64,000 bases of DNA from an uncultured Spirochaetota bacterium (GTDB lineage: Bacteria > Spirochaetota > Spirochaetia > SZUA-6 > Fen-1364): contig CAWAHW010000004.1 in NCBI GenBank assembly GCA_963781885.1, forward strand, positions 672,001 to 736,000, given 5' to 3'. The position numbers were made by a program, and so were the translations under genes. The notes below the pieces were generated by a model. The model made no database searches and was not told where the DNA came from. It saw only the letters and a list, made by a program, of their open reading frames with translations. This document shows positions 20,275-31,104 of the stretch, in pieces (the first letter of the stretch is position 1; each line of letters opens with the position of its first letter).

Positions 20275-21882
20275 GTGTACGTCATCATCGACAACTACGA
20301 TTCCTTCACGCACAATCTCTACCAGTATCTCTGCGAGCTGAGCGGCGCGCCGGTGGAAGTCTTCCGCAACGACCGCATCACCGTGGACGAGCTGGCCGCC
20401 ATGGAGCCGTCCGGCATCGTCATCTCCCCGGGACCAGGCCGACCCGAGGAGGCGGGCATCAGCGTCGACGTGATCCGGCGTTTCGCGGGCTCCATTCCCC
20501 TGCTCGGCGTCTGCCTCGGCCACCAGGCCATCGGCTGCGCGTACGGCGGCAAGATCGTCCCCGCCCGACGGGTCGTGCACGGCAAGACGGATGACATCAG
20601 CCTCGACGGCAGGGGGCTCTTCCGCGGCCTGCCGCGCACGGCGAAGTTCACCCGCTACCATTCGCTTGCCATCGAGGAAGAAAGCCTGCCGCCGGAGCTC
20701 GAGGTCACGGCGCGCTCCGCGGACGGGGAGATCATGGGCGTGCGGCACCGCGATCTCCTAGTCGAGGGGATACAGTTCCATCCCGAATCGATCGCATCGG
20801 AGCACGGGAAGCGCTGCCTGCAGAACTTCATCACCTACAGGCGCGAGCCCTTTCCCCTCTCTTCCATCCTCGCGGGTCTGCAGAACAAGCAGGCCATGAC
20901 GCGCGGGGAGGCGGAGGCATTCATGGACGAGATGACGGATGGCAGGCTCACCGATTCCCAGATCGCCGGCATCCTCGCGGCGCTGTCCGGTCCGCTCATC
21001 GGGCCGGAAGTGCTTGCGGGATTCGCCTCGGTGCTGCGCCGCAAGAAGGAGCCCTTCACAAGCAACCGCCCCGTGCTGGACACCTGCGGCACGGGCGGTG
21101 ACGGGCTTGCGACATTCAACATTTCCTCCCTTGCGGCAATAGTGGCCTCCGCATGCGGCGCGCTGGTGGCGAAGCACGGCAATAGGGGCGTGAGCTCGCC
21201 CAGTGGCAGCGCGGAGTTCTTCCGCGAGCTCGGCGTGCCCGTCGATGCGCCGGCGGCGGCCAGCGAAAAGCTCCTGCGGGAGACAGGCTTCTGCTTCCTT
21301 TTCGCGCCGCTCTATCACGGCGCCATGCGCCATGCGGTGCGCGCGCGCGCCGAGCTGGGCATCCGCAGCGCAATGAATCTCGTCGGGCCGCTTTCCAATC
21401 CCGCCGATGCCGCCTACCAGATCATCGGGGTCTACGACCCCGAGCTCTGCGGTCCGGTCGCCGAGGCGGCCCGACTCCTGGGGGTGCGCCGCGTCATGAC
21501 GGTGCATGGTGAGGACGGGCTTGACGAAATATCCGTGAGCGCGCGCACGCGCGTGGTGGAAATCGACGAGTCCGGGGCACGGCGCGACTACACCCTGGCG
21601 CCGGAAGAGTTCGGCATCTCGCGCTTCCCGGTGGAGCAGCTTCGCGGCGGGACGCCTGCGGACAATGCGCGCACGGCCCGGGAGATCCTGTCGGGCGCGG
21701 GACCCGCGGCCATGCGCGAGGCGGTGCTTCTCAATGCGGGTGCGGCTCTCTATATCAGCGGCATGGCGCGCAACATCGGCGACGGGTACCTGGCCGCGCG
21801 CGAATCGCTCTCATCGGGCCGCGCGCGGGCGAAGCTCGAACAGGTGCGCGCCCACGCGGGTCGGACCGCGGCGGCAGCATGA
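20275..21882 (+). CDS. trpGD: TrpG-TrpD fusion (glutamine amidotransferase plus anthranilate phosphoribosyltransferase)
   Basis: IDNYDSFT, GVCLGHQ, QFHPES; DTCGTGGDG, KHGNR, GLDEI. Confidence 0.95.
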   Translation: MYVIIDNYDSFTHNLYQYLCELSGAPVEVFRNDRITVDELAAMEPSGIVISPGPGRPEEAGISVDVIRRFAGSIPLLGVCLGHQAIGCAYGGKIVPARRVVHGKTDDISLDGRGLFRGLPRTAKFTRYHSLAIEEESLPPELEVTARSADGEIMGVRHRDLLVEGIQFHPESIASEHGKRCLQNFITYRREPFPLSSILAGLQNKQAMTRGEAEAFMDEMTDGRLTDSQIAGILAALSGPLIGPEVLAGFASVLRRKKEPFTSNRPVLDTCGTGGDGLATFNISSLAAIVASACGALVAKHGNRGVSSPSGSAEFFRELGVPVDAPAAASEKLLRETGFCFLFAPLYHGAMRHAVRARAELGIRSAMNLVGPLSNPADAAYQIIGVYDPELCGPVAEAARLLGVRRVMTVHGEDGLDEISVSARTRVVEIDESGARRDYTLAPEEFGISRFPVEQLRGGTPADNARTAREILSGAGPAAMREAVLLNAGAALYISGMARNIGDGYLAARESLSSGRARAKLEQVRAHAGRTAAAA

Positions 21883-23303
21883 ATGTCCGGGACGGCATCA
21901 TCGCGCGGCGGCGGGAGCTCGTGCGCGCGCGAGGCCACGCGCTGGGCGCCGTCCTGCCCGCGCGGCGCGTCCATCCCCCGGTGCCTTTCGGCACGGCGCC
22001 CTTCCTGATCTGCGAAGTGAAGCGCCGCTCCCCGTCGAAAGGGGACATCGCCCCGGACATCGACGCGGCGGGGCAGGCGCGGGTGTACGCGTCCCAGGGG
22101 GTGCGCAGCATCTCCGTGCTCACGGAGACGGAGAGCTTCGGCGGATCGCTCGACGACCTGATGCGCATCAAGGCCGCGCTGCCCGAGGTCTCCCTGCTGC
22201 GAAAGGACTTTCTCTTCGACCTTGAAGACATCGAGGTATCGTGGCGCGCCGGCGCGGATGCCGTGCTCCTGATCGCCTCGATGCTGGAGCCGCAGATCCT
22301 TGCCGCCATGCACCGGCGCGCCCTGGCGCTGGGCATGGAGGCGCTGGTCGAGCTGCATGACGATGCGGACGTTGCAGCCTGCCGCGCCCTGGCGCCCCCG
22401 CTCACGGGTGTGAACGCCCGAGACCTTGCAACATTCACGGTCGATCCCCTGCATCCCGTGGCCCTGGCCGCGAAGATCGACTGGAATACGCGCCGCGTCT
22501 ACGAGTCGGGCATCCGCGCGGCTGAAGACATCCTCCTTGCGCGCGGCGCGGGCTTCGACGGCGTCCTGGTCGGCGAAGCGGTCATGCGCGAACCGCAGAG
22601 CATCCCCGGCCTGCTCGCCGGCTTCGTGCCCGCAACGCGCGACTTCTGGCCGCGCCTCTCCGCGCGGCGGAGGCCGGGTAGGCCACTCGTGAAGGTCTGC
22701 GGCATCGCGCGGTCAGCGGATGCCGAAAAGGCGCAGGCGTTTGGCGCGGACGTGCTCGGTTTCGTATTCGCCCCTTCCAAGCGCCGCGCCGACCCGGGGC
22801 TGGTGCGGGACCTGCGCGACCTGCCCGCGCTCAAAGTCGCAGTCGTGGTGAACGATGCAGGCGCGGCGCGCCTCGACCCCGACGTCGAAGCGCTCCTCTC
22901 CGAAGGTCTCGTCGATGCCGTGCAGCTCCACGGCGCCGAGCTTCCCGAGGACTGCGCAAGGCTCGCGTTCCCCTATTACAAGGCCATCCGGGTGCGAAAC
23001 GCGGAGGATGGTGATTCGATGGCGCGCTTCCACTGTCCCCGGGTGCTCGCCGATGCGTATTCACCCGATGCGGCCGGTGGCACCGGCCGCCGGATTCCCG
23101 CGGAGCTCGCGCGCCAGCTCGCCACCGACCGGCCCTTGTGGCTTGCCGGCGGCATCGGTCCCGACAACGTCGGAAGCATCCTGGATGACCTTTGCCCCGA
23201 GCTCATCGATTCGTCCAGCGGCCTGGAGGAAGCACCGGGGAGGAAGGACATGGGGAAGCTTGAAAAGTTTTTCGAGGAGATAGAACGACATGAAAAGGTT
23301 TAA
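21879..23303 (+). CDS. trpCF: TrpC-TrpF fusion (IGP synthase plus PRA isomerase)
   Basis: EVKRRSPSKG, LRKDF; then VKVCG, VQLHG, GGTG, LAGG. Confidence 0.93.
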   Translation: MNVRDGIIARRRELVRARGHALGAVLPARRVHPPVPFGTAPFLICEVKRRSPSKGDIAPDIDAAGQARVYASQGVRSISVLTETESFGGSLDDLMRIKAALPEVSLLRKDFLFDLEDIEVSWRAGADAVLLIASMLEPQILAAMHRRALALGMEALVELHDDADVAACRALAPPLTGVNARDLATFTVDPLHPVALAAKIDWNTRRVYESGIRAAEDILLARGAGFDGVLVGEAVMREPQSIPGLLAGFVPATRDFWPRLSARRRPGRPLVKVCGIARSADAEKAQAFGADVLGFVFAPSKRRADPGLVRDLRDLPALKVAVVVNDAGAARLDPDVEALLSEGLVDAVQLHGAELPEDCARLAFPYYKAIRVRNAEDGDSMARFHCPRVLADAYSPDAAGGTGRRIPAELARQLATDRPLWLAGGIGPDNVGSILDDLCPELIDSSSGLEEAPGRKDMGKLEKFFEEIERHEKV

Positions 23304-24507
23304 CGACTTCTTCGGGCAGTTCGGCGGCCGCTACGTCGCGGAGATGCTCCGCGCGCCCCTGGACGAGCTGGAAGCGGCATTCCTCGAAGCTTTGGACGAC
23401 GCAGCCTTCCGCGACCTGCTTGCCCTCACCCTGCGGGACTTTGCCGGAAGGCCCACGCCGCTCCTCTTCGCGGAGAACGCCACCCGGGAGCTGGGGGGCG
23501 CCCGCATCCACATCAAGCTGGAAGGGCTCGCGCACACCGGCGCGCACAAGATCAACAACGCCGTCGGCCAGGCGCTGCTCGCAAAGCGCATGGGAAAGAC
23601 GCGTATCATCGCCGAGACGGGCGCCGGTCAGCACGGCGTTGCCACTGCGGCGATCTGCGCGCGCCTGGGCATACCGTGCCGCGTCTACATGGGCGCCGTG
23701 GACATGCGGCGCCAGAAACCGAACGTGTTCTGGATGGAGCGCTACGGCGCGGAGGTGGTGGCGGTGACGGGCGGATCTGCCACGCTGAAGGACGCCGTGA
23801 ACGAGGCCCTGCGCGACTGGGCGGGGAGCTTCCAGGAGACGCACTACCTGCTGGGCTCCGCCCTCGGCCCCTCGCCGTATCCCGACATGGTGCGCGAGTT
23901 CCAGTCCGTCATCGGCCAGGAGCTGCGCGGCCAGATCAGGGAGAAAAGCCTTGACTGCGCGGCGCTTGTTGCCTGCGTCGGGGGAGGCTCGAACGCAATC
24001 GGCTTCTTTTCCCCCTTTCTTGAAACGGCGACCCCCGAGCTTATCGGCGTGGAGGCGGGGGGACGGGGCGCGGGCGTGGGAGAGCACGCTGCGCGCATGA
24101 ACGGCCGCGGACAGCCCGGCATCGTCCAGGGCTACAAGTCGCTCTTCCTCACGGACGCCGACGGTCAGGTCCTCTCCACGCACTCGATATCGGCAGGGCT
24201 GGATTACCCCGGCATCGGACCCCAGCTCGCGCATCTGGGAAGCACGGGACGCGTCCGATTCCTCACGGCCTCCGACGCCGAGGCGCTGGAGGCGGTGAAG
24301 TTCTTTGCCCGTACGGAGGGCATGATATTCGCGCTGGAGTCCGCCCACGCCGCGGCGGCGGTGATGAGGATCGCCCGCGACTACCCCGCGGAATCGTCGC
24401 TGGTCGTGAACATGTCGGGCCGCGGCGACAAGGACCTCTTCATCCTCGCGCGCGCGATGGACGCGGAGCCCTGGGCGGATTTCCTGCGCGAGGAGGCAGC
24501 CCGATGA
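23290..24507 (+). CDS. trpB: Tryptophan synthase beta chain
   Basis: HTGAHKINN, AETGAGQHG, GGGSN, SAGLDYPG, SGRGDKD. Confidence 0.97.
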   Translation: MKRFNDFFGQFGGRYVAEMLRAPLDELEAAFLEALDDAAFRDLLALTLRDFAGRPTPLLFAENATRELGGARIHIKLEGLAHTGAHKINNAVGQALLAKRMGKTRIIAETGAGQHGVATAAICARLGIPCRVYMGAVDMRRQKPNVFWMERYGAEVVAVTGGSATLKDAVNEALRDWAGSFQETHYLLGSALGPSPYPDMVREFQSVIGQELRGQIREKSLDCAALVACVGGGSNAIGFFSPFLETATPELIGVEAGGRGAGVGEHAARMNGRGQPGIVQGYKSLFLTDADGQVLSTHSISAGLDYPGIGPQLAHLGSTGRVRFLTASDAEALEAVKFFARTEGMIFALESAHAAAAVMRIARDYPAESSLVVNMSGRGDKDLFILARAMDAEPWADFLREEAAR

Positions 24508-25256
24508 GCCTGCCTTCACGGATCATGGCGCATCTCGTGGCGTATTATCCCGACCGGGCCGGCTCCCTCCAGGCGGCGCGCGGCCTTACCGACGGCGGAT
24601 GCACGTGGCTGGAGGTGCAGTTCCCCTTCTCCGATCCCACGGCGGATGGACCCGACATCCAGGCGGCCTGCGCCCGGGCGTTGGAGGCGGGATTCACGGT
24701 CAAGGATGGTTTCGCGCTCCTGGCAGAAATCTGCGCCGCGGTGCACGTACCGGTCTTCGTCATGAGCTATGCGAACCTACTCTTCACGCGCGGCATCGGC
24801 CGGTTCCTCGATGACTGCCGCGGCGCGGGCGCGCACGGCGTCATCGTGCCCGATCTGCCGCCCGACACCGACGAAGGGCTCTACGCGGAGGCGCGGGCGC
24901 GAGGGCTCGCGGCAATGCCCGTCCTGTCGCCATCGATTTCCGCCGACAGGCTCTGCCGCGCGGCGGCGCTGGGCACGGAGTACGTCTACGCAACGCTGCG
25001 CGCGGGAACTACCGGGCCACGCTCGACCGTGGACGATGCGACACGGGGCTTTCTGCGGTCCCTGGCAGAGGCGCGCGCGGCGCGGCCGGCAAAGATCATG
25101 GCGGGTTTCGGCATCGCCAGCCGCGCGCAGGTTCGCGCCCTTGAGCCGCACGTGCACGGCGTCATCGTGGGAAGCGCGCTCGTGCGTGAGATCGCCGCCG
25201 GCGGGGATCCCTACACGAGCCTGAAACAGAAACTGAAGGAGCTCGCGGGGACATAG
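24504..25256 (+). CDS. trpA: Tryptophan synthase alpha chain
   Basis: EVQFPFSDPTADGP, VPDLP, GFGI, VGSA. Confidence 0.93.
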   Translation: MSLPSRIMAHLVAYYPDRAGSLQAARGLTDGGCTWLEVQFPFSDPTADGPDIQAACARALEAGFTVKDGFALLAEICAAVHVPVFVMSYANLLFTRGIGRFLDDCRGAGAHGVIVPDLPPDTDEGLYAEARARGLAAMPVLSPSISADRLCRAAALGTEYVYATLRAGTTGPRSTVDDATRGFLRSLAEARAARPAKIMAGFGIASRAQVRALEPHVHGVIVGSALVREIAAGGDPYTSLKQKLKELAGT

Positions 25257-25319
25257 GATCGGCCGCCCGCCGGCGCGGACAGGCCCGCTCTGATATCATT
25301 TGCCAAAGGAGAAGCTCGA

Positions 25320-26033
25320 TTGAAAGCAAACTTGAAACTCGCCGTCGCGCGGCGGAACGCGGCCCCGGCGATGACACTTGGCATCCTGGTGCTCCTCGCT
25401 TCCTGTTCCCCTGCCCGCCCGGCCGCCGCGCCGGTGGTAAGCGGTGCGCCGCACTGGGTGCTCGATCTCGTACCGGGACCCGCGTACCATCAGACCGCGC
25501 GATTCCTGCTATTCAAGATCCCCCTGTACCCGCAGGTTGCCTGCTGGGTCGAGACGCCGGACGGCGCGTACGTGGACACGATCTACGTCACCAGCAAGGT
25601 GGCGAAGAAGTCGTGGTACGGGGCCCCGTCCGCCGGAAGGCCGGAGGCCCTTCCCGTCTGGACGCACGCGCGGAATCAGCAGGTTCTTGCGGTTGATTCC
25701 GTCACCGGCGCGACGCCGCAAGGGAGCGTGCATCGCGAGGCCCTGCTGGCAGGCAGCCTGAAACCCGGCCGCTACGTCGTCAAGGTGGAGATCAACGGCA
25801 GCTACGATTACAACGCGCGCTACACCCGGTCCACCGCCGGCGTCAACGGGCAGCCGTCGGTTATCTACCGCGGGGAGCTCAGCATCGGCGACGGACAGTC
25901 GGATGCCGTTCTCGTTCCGTTCGGCACGGGCTCCCTCGATGGCTCCAACGGCGACATCACCCCGGGGCTCGACGGAATCACGACCGCCCTCGACATATTC
26001 AAATCGGTGGAAATTTCGTTCCAGCCTCAGTAG
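25320..26033 (+). CDS. DUF2271-like lipoprotein
   Basis: LLASC lipobox; PQVACWVE...YVDTIYVT, RPEALPVW, DSVTGATP; start uncertain. Confidence 0.65.
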   Translation: MKANLKLAVARRNAAPAMTLGILVLLASCSPARPAAAPVVSGAPHWVLDLVPGPAYHQTARFLLFKIPLYPQVACWVETPDGAYVDTIYVTSKVAKKSWYGAPSAGRPEALPVWTHARNQQVLAVDSVTGATPQGSVHREALLAGSLKPGRYVVKVEINGSYDYNARYTRSTAGVNGQPSVIYRGELSIGDGQSDAVLVPFGTGSLDGSNGDITPGLDGITTALDIFKSVEISFQPQ

Positions 26034-26116
26034 AAGACGGAAGCGGCGCGGCCCCAACCATATCGGAGGTGACAAAATGAGGACCGGTCGGGGTTTCAGA
26101 AGAAGGAGTCATCAAG

Positions 26117-26548
26117 ATGAAGGAAAAGAGGACCTCTGAGCTTGTCGGTTCCGTGGTGGGAAATCTCATCGCCATTGCCATCGTCAACACGGTCCTGCTC
26201 TGGCGTCAATATACGAACGGCGTCGTGCTGGAGAGCTGGGTCGACATCCTGTGGGCGGCAAACCTTTCCCTGATCGTCCAGATCGTGGGAAATATCCTGC
26301 TTGCGTTATACCGGCCCGCTCGTTTCTATTCCCTCATGCAGGCCATCTACGCCGGCCTGGGATTCGTTTCAGTTCTGGTGTTCTACCTCGTTTTCCCGCT
26401 CGATTTTTCCCACGTTGCCGGAGCATGGCTGAATACCCTGTGCAGAGCCTTGCTCATTGTCGGAATGGCCGGAACGACCATCGGTTTCGTCGTCCAGCTG
26501 GCTCGAGCTGCATCCGGCACCCCCTACGCGCAGGCCGCGCCAGAATAA
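26117..26548 (+). CDS. Hypothetical 4-TM membrane protein
   Basis: AAGGAG RBS, four hydrophobic segments. Confidence 0.7.
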   Translation: MKEKRTSELVGSVVGNLIAIAIVNTVLLWRQYTNGVVLESWVDILWAANLSLIVQIVGNILLALYRPARFYSLMQAIYAGLGFVSVLVFYLVFPLDFSHVAGAWLNTLCRALLIVGMAGTTIGFVVQLARAASGTPYAQAAPE

Positions 26549-26690
26549 GAAGGAAATGCCCAAGCCCCGCGCCCCCCGGCCGGGGCTTGGACTGCCTGTT
26601 TCGCTGGAAAATAACACAAAGCTAAGACTGCCTTAACGGTTCGCCTGCACATTCTGATCATCTCAGTTTATTGACCGCCTTATCCAATAG

Positions 26691-26730
26691 AAAAACGGTC
26701 TCCCGGGTTCCGGTGCAGACCGTTTTTTTT
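26691..26730. terminator. Bidirectional Rho-independent terminator
   Basis: aaaaacggtct...agaccgtttttttt between convergent transcription units. Confidence 0.75.
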
Positions 26731-26778
26731 CAAGAGGCGGACGGTACGCGGCATATGCGCCCGGGCCCGCGGGAGCCC

Positions 26779-27807
26779 TTACCTCTGCACCCTCCCCGAG
26801 CCCGACCCCGCCATCAAGGCCTTCACCTCAGCCACGGACAGGAGCGGAAGGTCGCCGGGTATCGAATGCTTCAGGCATGAGGCGGCAACGGCGAAATCAA
26901 GCGCCTCCTGGGCCGACGGCAGGTGCGTCAGGCCGTAGATGAGCCCTGCCGCGAAGCTGTCCCCCGTGCCCACCCGATCGATGATGTCGCGTATCTCGTA
27001 GTGCCGCGAGACGAGGAACTCCTTCCCCGTATGGAGGACGCCCGACCAGCCGTTCTCGTCGGCGGACCTGCTCTCCCGCAGCGTGATAGCGATGGTCTTG
27101 ATGCTGCCGTGCGCCGCAAGCACCTTTTCGGCAAGAGCGCGGTACTGCGCGGGCTCCAGGTTCCCCGACTCGACGTCCACGGGCACCGACACCCCCAGCG
27201 CCTTCTGGCAGTCTTCCTCGTTCGCGATGGCGACGTCCACGAACTTCACGAGCTCCCCCATCACCTCGGGTGCGCTCCGGCCGTACTTCCAGAGATTCTT
27301 GCGAAAGTTCAGGTCACAGGAGACGGTGAGCCCCTTCTGCTTCGCGACGCGCACGGACTCCAGGGCGAGGTCCGCGGCGGATTGAGAGATCGCAGGCGTG
27401 ATACCGGTGATGTGGAACCACTCCGCCCCGGCGAACGCCGCGTTCCAATCGATGTCCCCCGGGCGGGCCTCCGCGATGGCTGCCCCGGCGCGGTCGTAGA
27501 TGACGACGGACGGTCGATGGTTTGCGCCCGCCTCCAGGAAGTAGATGCCCAGCCGCGCGCCCTTGCGCACGATGGGAGTCGTGTCGATGCCGTGGCGGCG
27601 CAGCTCCCCGACGCACGCGTCTCCAATGGCATTTGCGGGGATGACGGAGACGTAGGAGGTCGGGCAGCCGAAACGGGCCAGCGCCGTCGCGACATTCGCT
27701 TCCCCGCCGCCGAATGTGGCCTCCAGAACGGGGCTCTGGAAGAAACGCTCCGCCCCCGGCGGCTTCAGGCGCAGCATGATCTCACCGAACGTGACGAATC
27801 GCGGCAT
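26779..27807 (-). CDS. kdgK: 2-dehydro-3-deoxygluconokinase (PfkB family)
   Basis: [34 protein letters not shown]; adjacent to eda. Confidence 0.88.
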   Translation of the reverse strand: MPRFVTFGEIMLRLKPPGAERFFQSPVLEATFGGGEANVATALARFGCPTSYVSVIPANAIGDACVGELRRHGIDTTPIVRKGARLGIYFLEAGANHRPSVVIYDRAGAAIAEARPGDIDWNAAFAGAEWFHITGITPAISQSAADLALESVRVAKQKGLTVSCDLNFRKNLWKYGRSAPEVMGELVKFVDVAIANEEDCQKALGVSVPVDVESGNLEPAQYRALAEKVLAAHGSIKTIAITLRESRSADENGWSGVLHTGKEFLVSRHYEIRDIIDRVGTGDSFAAGLIYGLTHLPSAQEALDFAVAASCLKHSIPGDLPLLSVAEVKALMAGSGSGRVQR

Positions 27808-27817
27808 GGTGGCGCTC

Positions 27818-28777
27818 CTATTTCTGCAAGAGATGCAGGGCGAAACCCGAGACCTCGAGGTCGAGGTAGACGGCGATCATCTTGCCGTCCTTTTCCTTGG
27901 CGGTTTCCTTCCTGATGCCCACGCCCTTGCGCGTCATCCAGGCGATGGCGCGCGTGATATTGTTCGTCGCAATTGCAATGTGGCCGCGGGAGCCGAGATA
28001 AGGGCTCTTCATGAACTCGAAGCCCGAGCCCGCGAATGTGGAGCTGTTCCCGACCTTCACCGGGAAAAAGAAAAGGCGCGCCATGGTCTCAGCCCCCGCC
28101 AGCGCCGTCTCCGCCGCGCTCTCGTTGACGCCCAGGTGGGCAAGCTCGAAGCCCAGTGAGATCTGGACGGCCTCGCGGGCAAGACGCGTGATGTCGTCGA
28201 ATTTCCCTGCGGCGATCATCGATTCCTTTGCGATCCACGTCCCGCCCACCGCGTGCACGCGGTCGTAGGACAGGTAGTCGCGGAGATTGCCCGCCTCGAT
28301 GCCACCGGTGGGCATGAACTGCACGCCGGCGAACGGAGCGGCGATCGCCTTGAGGTATTCCAGCCCGCCGGACGCGCCCGCGGGAAAGAACTTCAGCACC
28401 GACAGGCCGCGCTCCAGGCCCATCTCGATCTCGGACGGCGAGCTGATGCCCGGGGCCACCGGATAGCCCTTCGCGATGCAGTGGTCGACGACCTTGGGAT
28501 TGAAACCGGGCGCCACGATGAAGCGCGCCCCCGCGGCCATTGCCCGGTCGGCCTGGTCCGTGGTGAGCACCGTGCCGGCGCCCACGAGTATGTCCGGCAC
28601 CTCGCGGGCCAATGACCGGATGGCCTCTTCCGCCGCTGCCGTACGGAACGTGATCTCCGCGACCGGCAGGTCGCCCGCAACGAGCGCACGCCCCAGCGCC
28701 GCCGCGTCGGATGCCTTGTCGATCTTCACGACGGGAACGATGCCGATCTCACCAAGCCGGAAAAGCACGTCGTGCAT
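27818..28777 (-). CDS. eda: KHG/KDPG aldolase with ~110-aa C-terminal VOC-like extension
   Basis: EITFRT, GAGTV, KFFPA, PTGG; tail HLGVN...[10 protein letters not shown]. Confidence 0.9.
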   Translation of the reverse strand: MHDVLFRLGEIGIVPVVKIDKASDAAALGRALVAGDLPVAEITFRTAAAEEAIRSLAREVPDILVGAGTVLTTDQADRAMAAGARFIVAPGFNPKVVDHCIAKGYPVAPGISSPSEIEMGLERGLSVLKFFPAGASGGLEYLKAIAAPFAGVQFMPTGGIEAGNLRDYLSYDRVHAVGGTWIAKESMIAAGKFDDITRLAREAVQISLGFELAHLGVNESAAETALAGAETMARLFFFPVKVGNSSTFAGSGFEFMKSPYLGSRGHIAIATNNITRAIAWMTRKGVGIRKETAKEKDGKMIAVYLDLEVSGFALHLLQK

Positions 28778-28847
28778 CTCTGTCCCTCCCTTCCCCGCGG
28801 TGTCGCACCCGGGGCGCGCGAGCCGGCGGCTCGCGCCGCAAAGCAGC

Positions 28848-29822
28848 CTACGGCCGCAGGGGTTTGTTGACGGGGTACAGGGGCGGGCCGCCTTCCAGCA
28901 CGGCCGCCGCGTTCTTCGCGGCTTTGGTCTTCAGCTCCGTGAGGGATTCCTCGCTGTACCAGCCCGCGTGATCGGTAAGGATGACATTGTCGAATGTGCG
29001 CAGCGGGCTTTCCGCCGCGAGCGGCTCGGTTTCGAACACATCCAGCCCGGCGCCGCCCATGCGCCCGTCCCGCAGGGCCTCGATGAGCGCCGCTTCGTCG
29101 AGCACCGGTCCGCGCGACGTGTTCACGAGGATCGCCCGCGGCTTCATGGCCGCAAACTCGGCCTTCCCGATCATGTGCCGGGTCTGAGGCGAAAGAGGCA
29201 CGTGAACCGAAACGCAGTCGGATTCAGAAAGAAGCGTCGCAAGGTCCACGGGCGTGGCACCCTCTGATGCGACAACGGAAGGCGGAAGAAGGGGATCGTA
29301 GGCAAGGATCCGGGAGAAGCCCAGGCCGGAGCACTTGCGGTGCAGGCAACGACCGGTCTTGCCATAACCGAGTATGCCCAGCGTCCGCCCGGCGATGCGA
29401 TGGACGACATGACCCGCGTGCAGGTTCCATTTGCCCTGCCGGATCATCCGGTCCTTGAAGGCGATTCCGCGGATGCAGCCAAGGAGCAGGCTCAGGGCGT
29501 GGTCGGCGACGTCCTCATAGCAGTAGTCGGGAACGCAGGCCACCCAGATGCCCCGACTCGTCGCGGCGGGCACATCGACATTGTCATAGCCGACGCCGTA
29601 GCGGGAAATGACGCGGCATTTTCCCAGGCCGTCAATGACGTCGGCCGTCATCGGGAAGAGATTCACCAGGAGGGCGTCCGCATCCGCAAAAACCCGGCGC
29701 GCCTCCGCGGTCGACGATGAAGGAAATATCTCGACGCGTGCATCGAGAGGCGCAAACACCGCTCTCTCCTCATCGTAGGCAGAGTAGCGGTCGTCCGCAA
29801 TCACGACGTGGAAGCGACTCAT
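28848..29822 (-). CDS. D-isomer-specific 2-hydroxyacid dehydrogenase (CtBP/SerA-like)
   Basis: RYGVGYDNVD, GYGKTG, VNTSRG, GLDVFETEP, H at LTDHAG. Confidence 0.88.
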   Translation of the reverse strand: MSRFHVVIADDRYSAYDEERAVFAPLDARVEIFPSSSTAEARRVFADADALLVNLFPMTADVIDGLGKCRVISRYGVGYDNVDVPAATSRGIWVACVPDYCYEDVADHALSLLLGCIRGIAFKDRMIRQGKWNLHAGHVVHRIAGRTLGILGYGKTGRCLHRKCSGLGFSRILAYDPLLPPSVVASEGATPVDLATLLSESDCVSVHVPLSPQTRHMIGKAEFAAMKPRAILVNTSRGPVLDEAALIEALRDGRMGGAGLDVFETEPLAAESPLRTFDNVILTDHAGWYSEESLTELKTKAAKNAAAVLEGGPPLYPVNKPLRP

Positions 29823-30979
29823 GGTTCTCCCGGGCTCTCCCGCCCCTCCTCGAAGACAACTTCCCCCTCCGCGAACACCTTCACCGGGTAGCGGGTCACG
29901 TCGAACGGGTCCCCGTTCCAGCACGAGAAGGAGGCCCACTTCCCCTTGCCCAGCGTGCCCAGGGTGGCATCGATGCCGAGTATCTGCGCGTTGCGCCGCG
30001 TGATGATCTCGATGGCCTCCTTGCGGTTGAGACCGCAGCGCATGAACCAGCGAAGCCCGAGCAGGAGGTTGCGCTGGGGGATGACGGGGTGGTCCGTCAT
30101 GAGGCCGAACTCGACGCCGCTCTGGAGGAGGTGGCGCACATTACGCCAGTTTTCGTGGCGCAGCTCCACCTTGTAGGCGAAGGAATCCATCGGTCCGAAC
30201 ACGACCGGGATGCCCCGCTCTTTCAGGGCGGCGTAGATGTGCCCGTCGTTCACGTCGCAGGCATGCTCGACGGTGACGCCGATACCGAACTCCTCCTGCA
30301 CGCGGAGCAGGCTCGCGATGTCGTCGATCTTGTGCACGTGGACGCGGAGGATCTGTCTGCGCTGGAGGATATCGCGGATCACTTCGTCTTCGGCGCTCAG
30401 CGCGGAATCGGCGGTTGCCTTGCCGCGTCTCGCCTTTTCCAGCTTCCGCTGCACGGCGGCAAAGCGCGCCCGCAGCAGGGAGATCGCGCCCATGCGGGTG
30501 TAGGGCCTGTTCCCCTTCCAATCCCGCGTCGACATCGGGTTGTAGCCGAAGGCGGCCTTGATGCCCGATCGCGCGATCAGGGCCTCGGTGGTGGTCCGGG
30601 CGTAGTTGCGGATCACGGCGGTCCGTCCGCCGACGATGTTCCCGCTCCCCGGCAGCACGCAGGAATACAGGACGCCAAGCTCCACGGAGTCGCGGAACGC
30701 CGCGTCGTCCATCTGCACGGAATCCAGAGCGTCCGCGAGGAACAGGAGGGACTCCATGTGCTCGTTGGACTCCCCCTCGCTCCCCGGCTCGCCCGCCCGC
30801 TCCATGCCGATGTGGCAGTGGGCGTCGATGAACGCCGGCGTGACGACGGGGTATTTGCCGACGAAATCCCCCTTCGGCTCCATGGAGATGCCCTTCACCG
30901 CGTTTCCCTCGAACAGCAGGTGGACATTGCGGACCACCTCATCGCCGGTGTAGAGCGTTTCGGCAAAAACAGACTTCAC
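29819..30979 (-). CDS. Amidohydrolase family protein
   Basis: PAFIDAHCH, RVHVH, VEHA, MTDHP metal ligands. Confidence 0.85.
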   Translation of the reverse strand: MKSVFAETLYTGDEVVRNVHLLFEGNAVKGISMEPKGDFVGKYPVVTPAFIDAHCHIGMERAGEPGSEGESNEHMESLLFLADALDSVQMDDAAFRDSVELGVLYSCVLPGSGNIVGGRTAVIRNYARTTTEALIARSGIKAAFGYNPMSTRDWKGNRPYTRMGAISLLRARFAAVQRKLEKARRGKATADSALSAEDEVIRDILQRRQILRVHVHKIDDIASLLRVQEEFGIGVTVEHACDVNDGHIYAALKERGIPVVFGPMDSFAYKVELRHENWRNVRHLLQSGVEFGLMTDHPVIPQRNLLLGLRWFMRCGLNRKEAIEIITRRNAQILGIDATLGTLGKGKWASFSCWNGDPFDVTRYPVKVFAEGEVVFEEGRESPGEP

Positions 30980-31104
30980 CACGGTGCTCCTTGTTCGTTT
31001 CACGCGGCATTGGAGGCCGCCGTTCTGCGCGGCGTAAAGTATAGCGAATCATGAATGTTTGACCAAGGGAGGTCCATCGGGTACAACCCATGCGGAGGAG
31101 CCGG

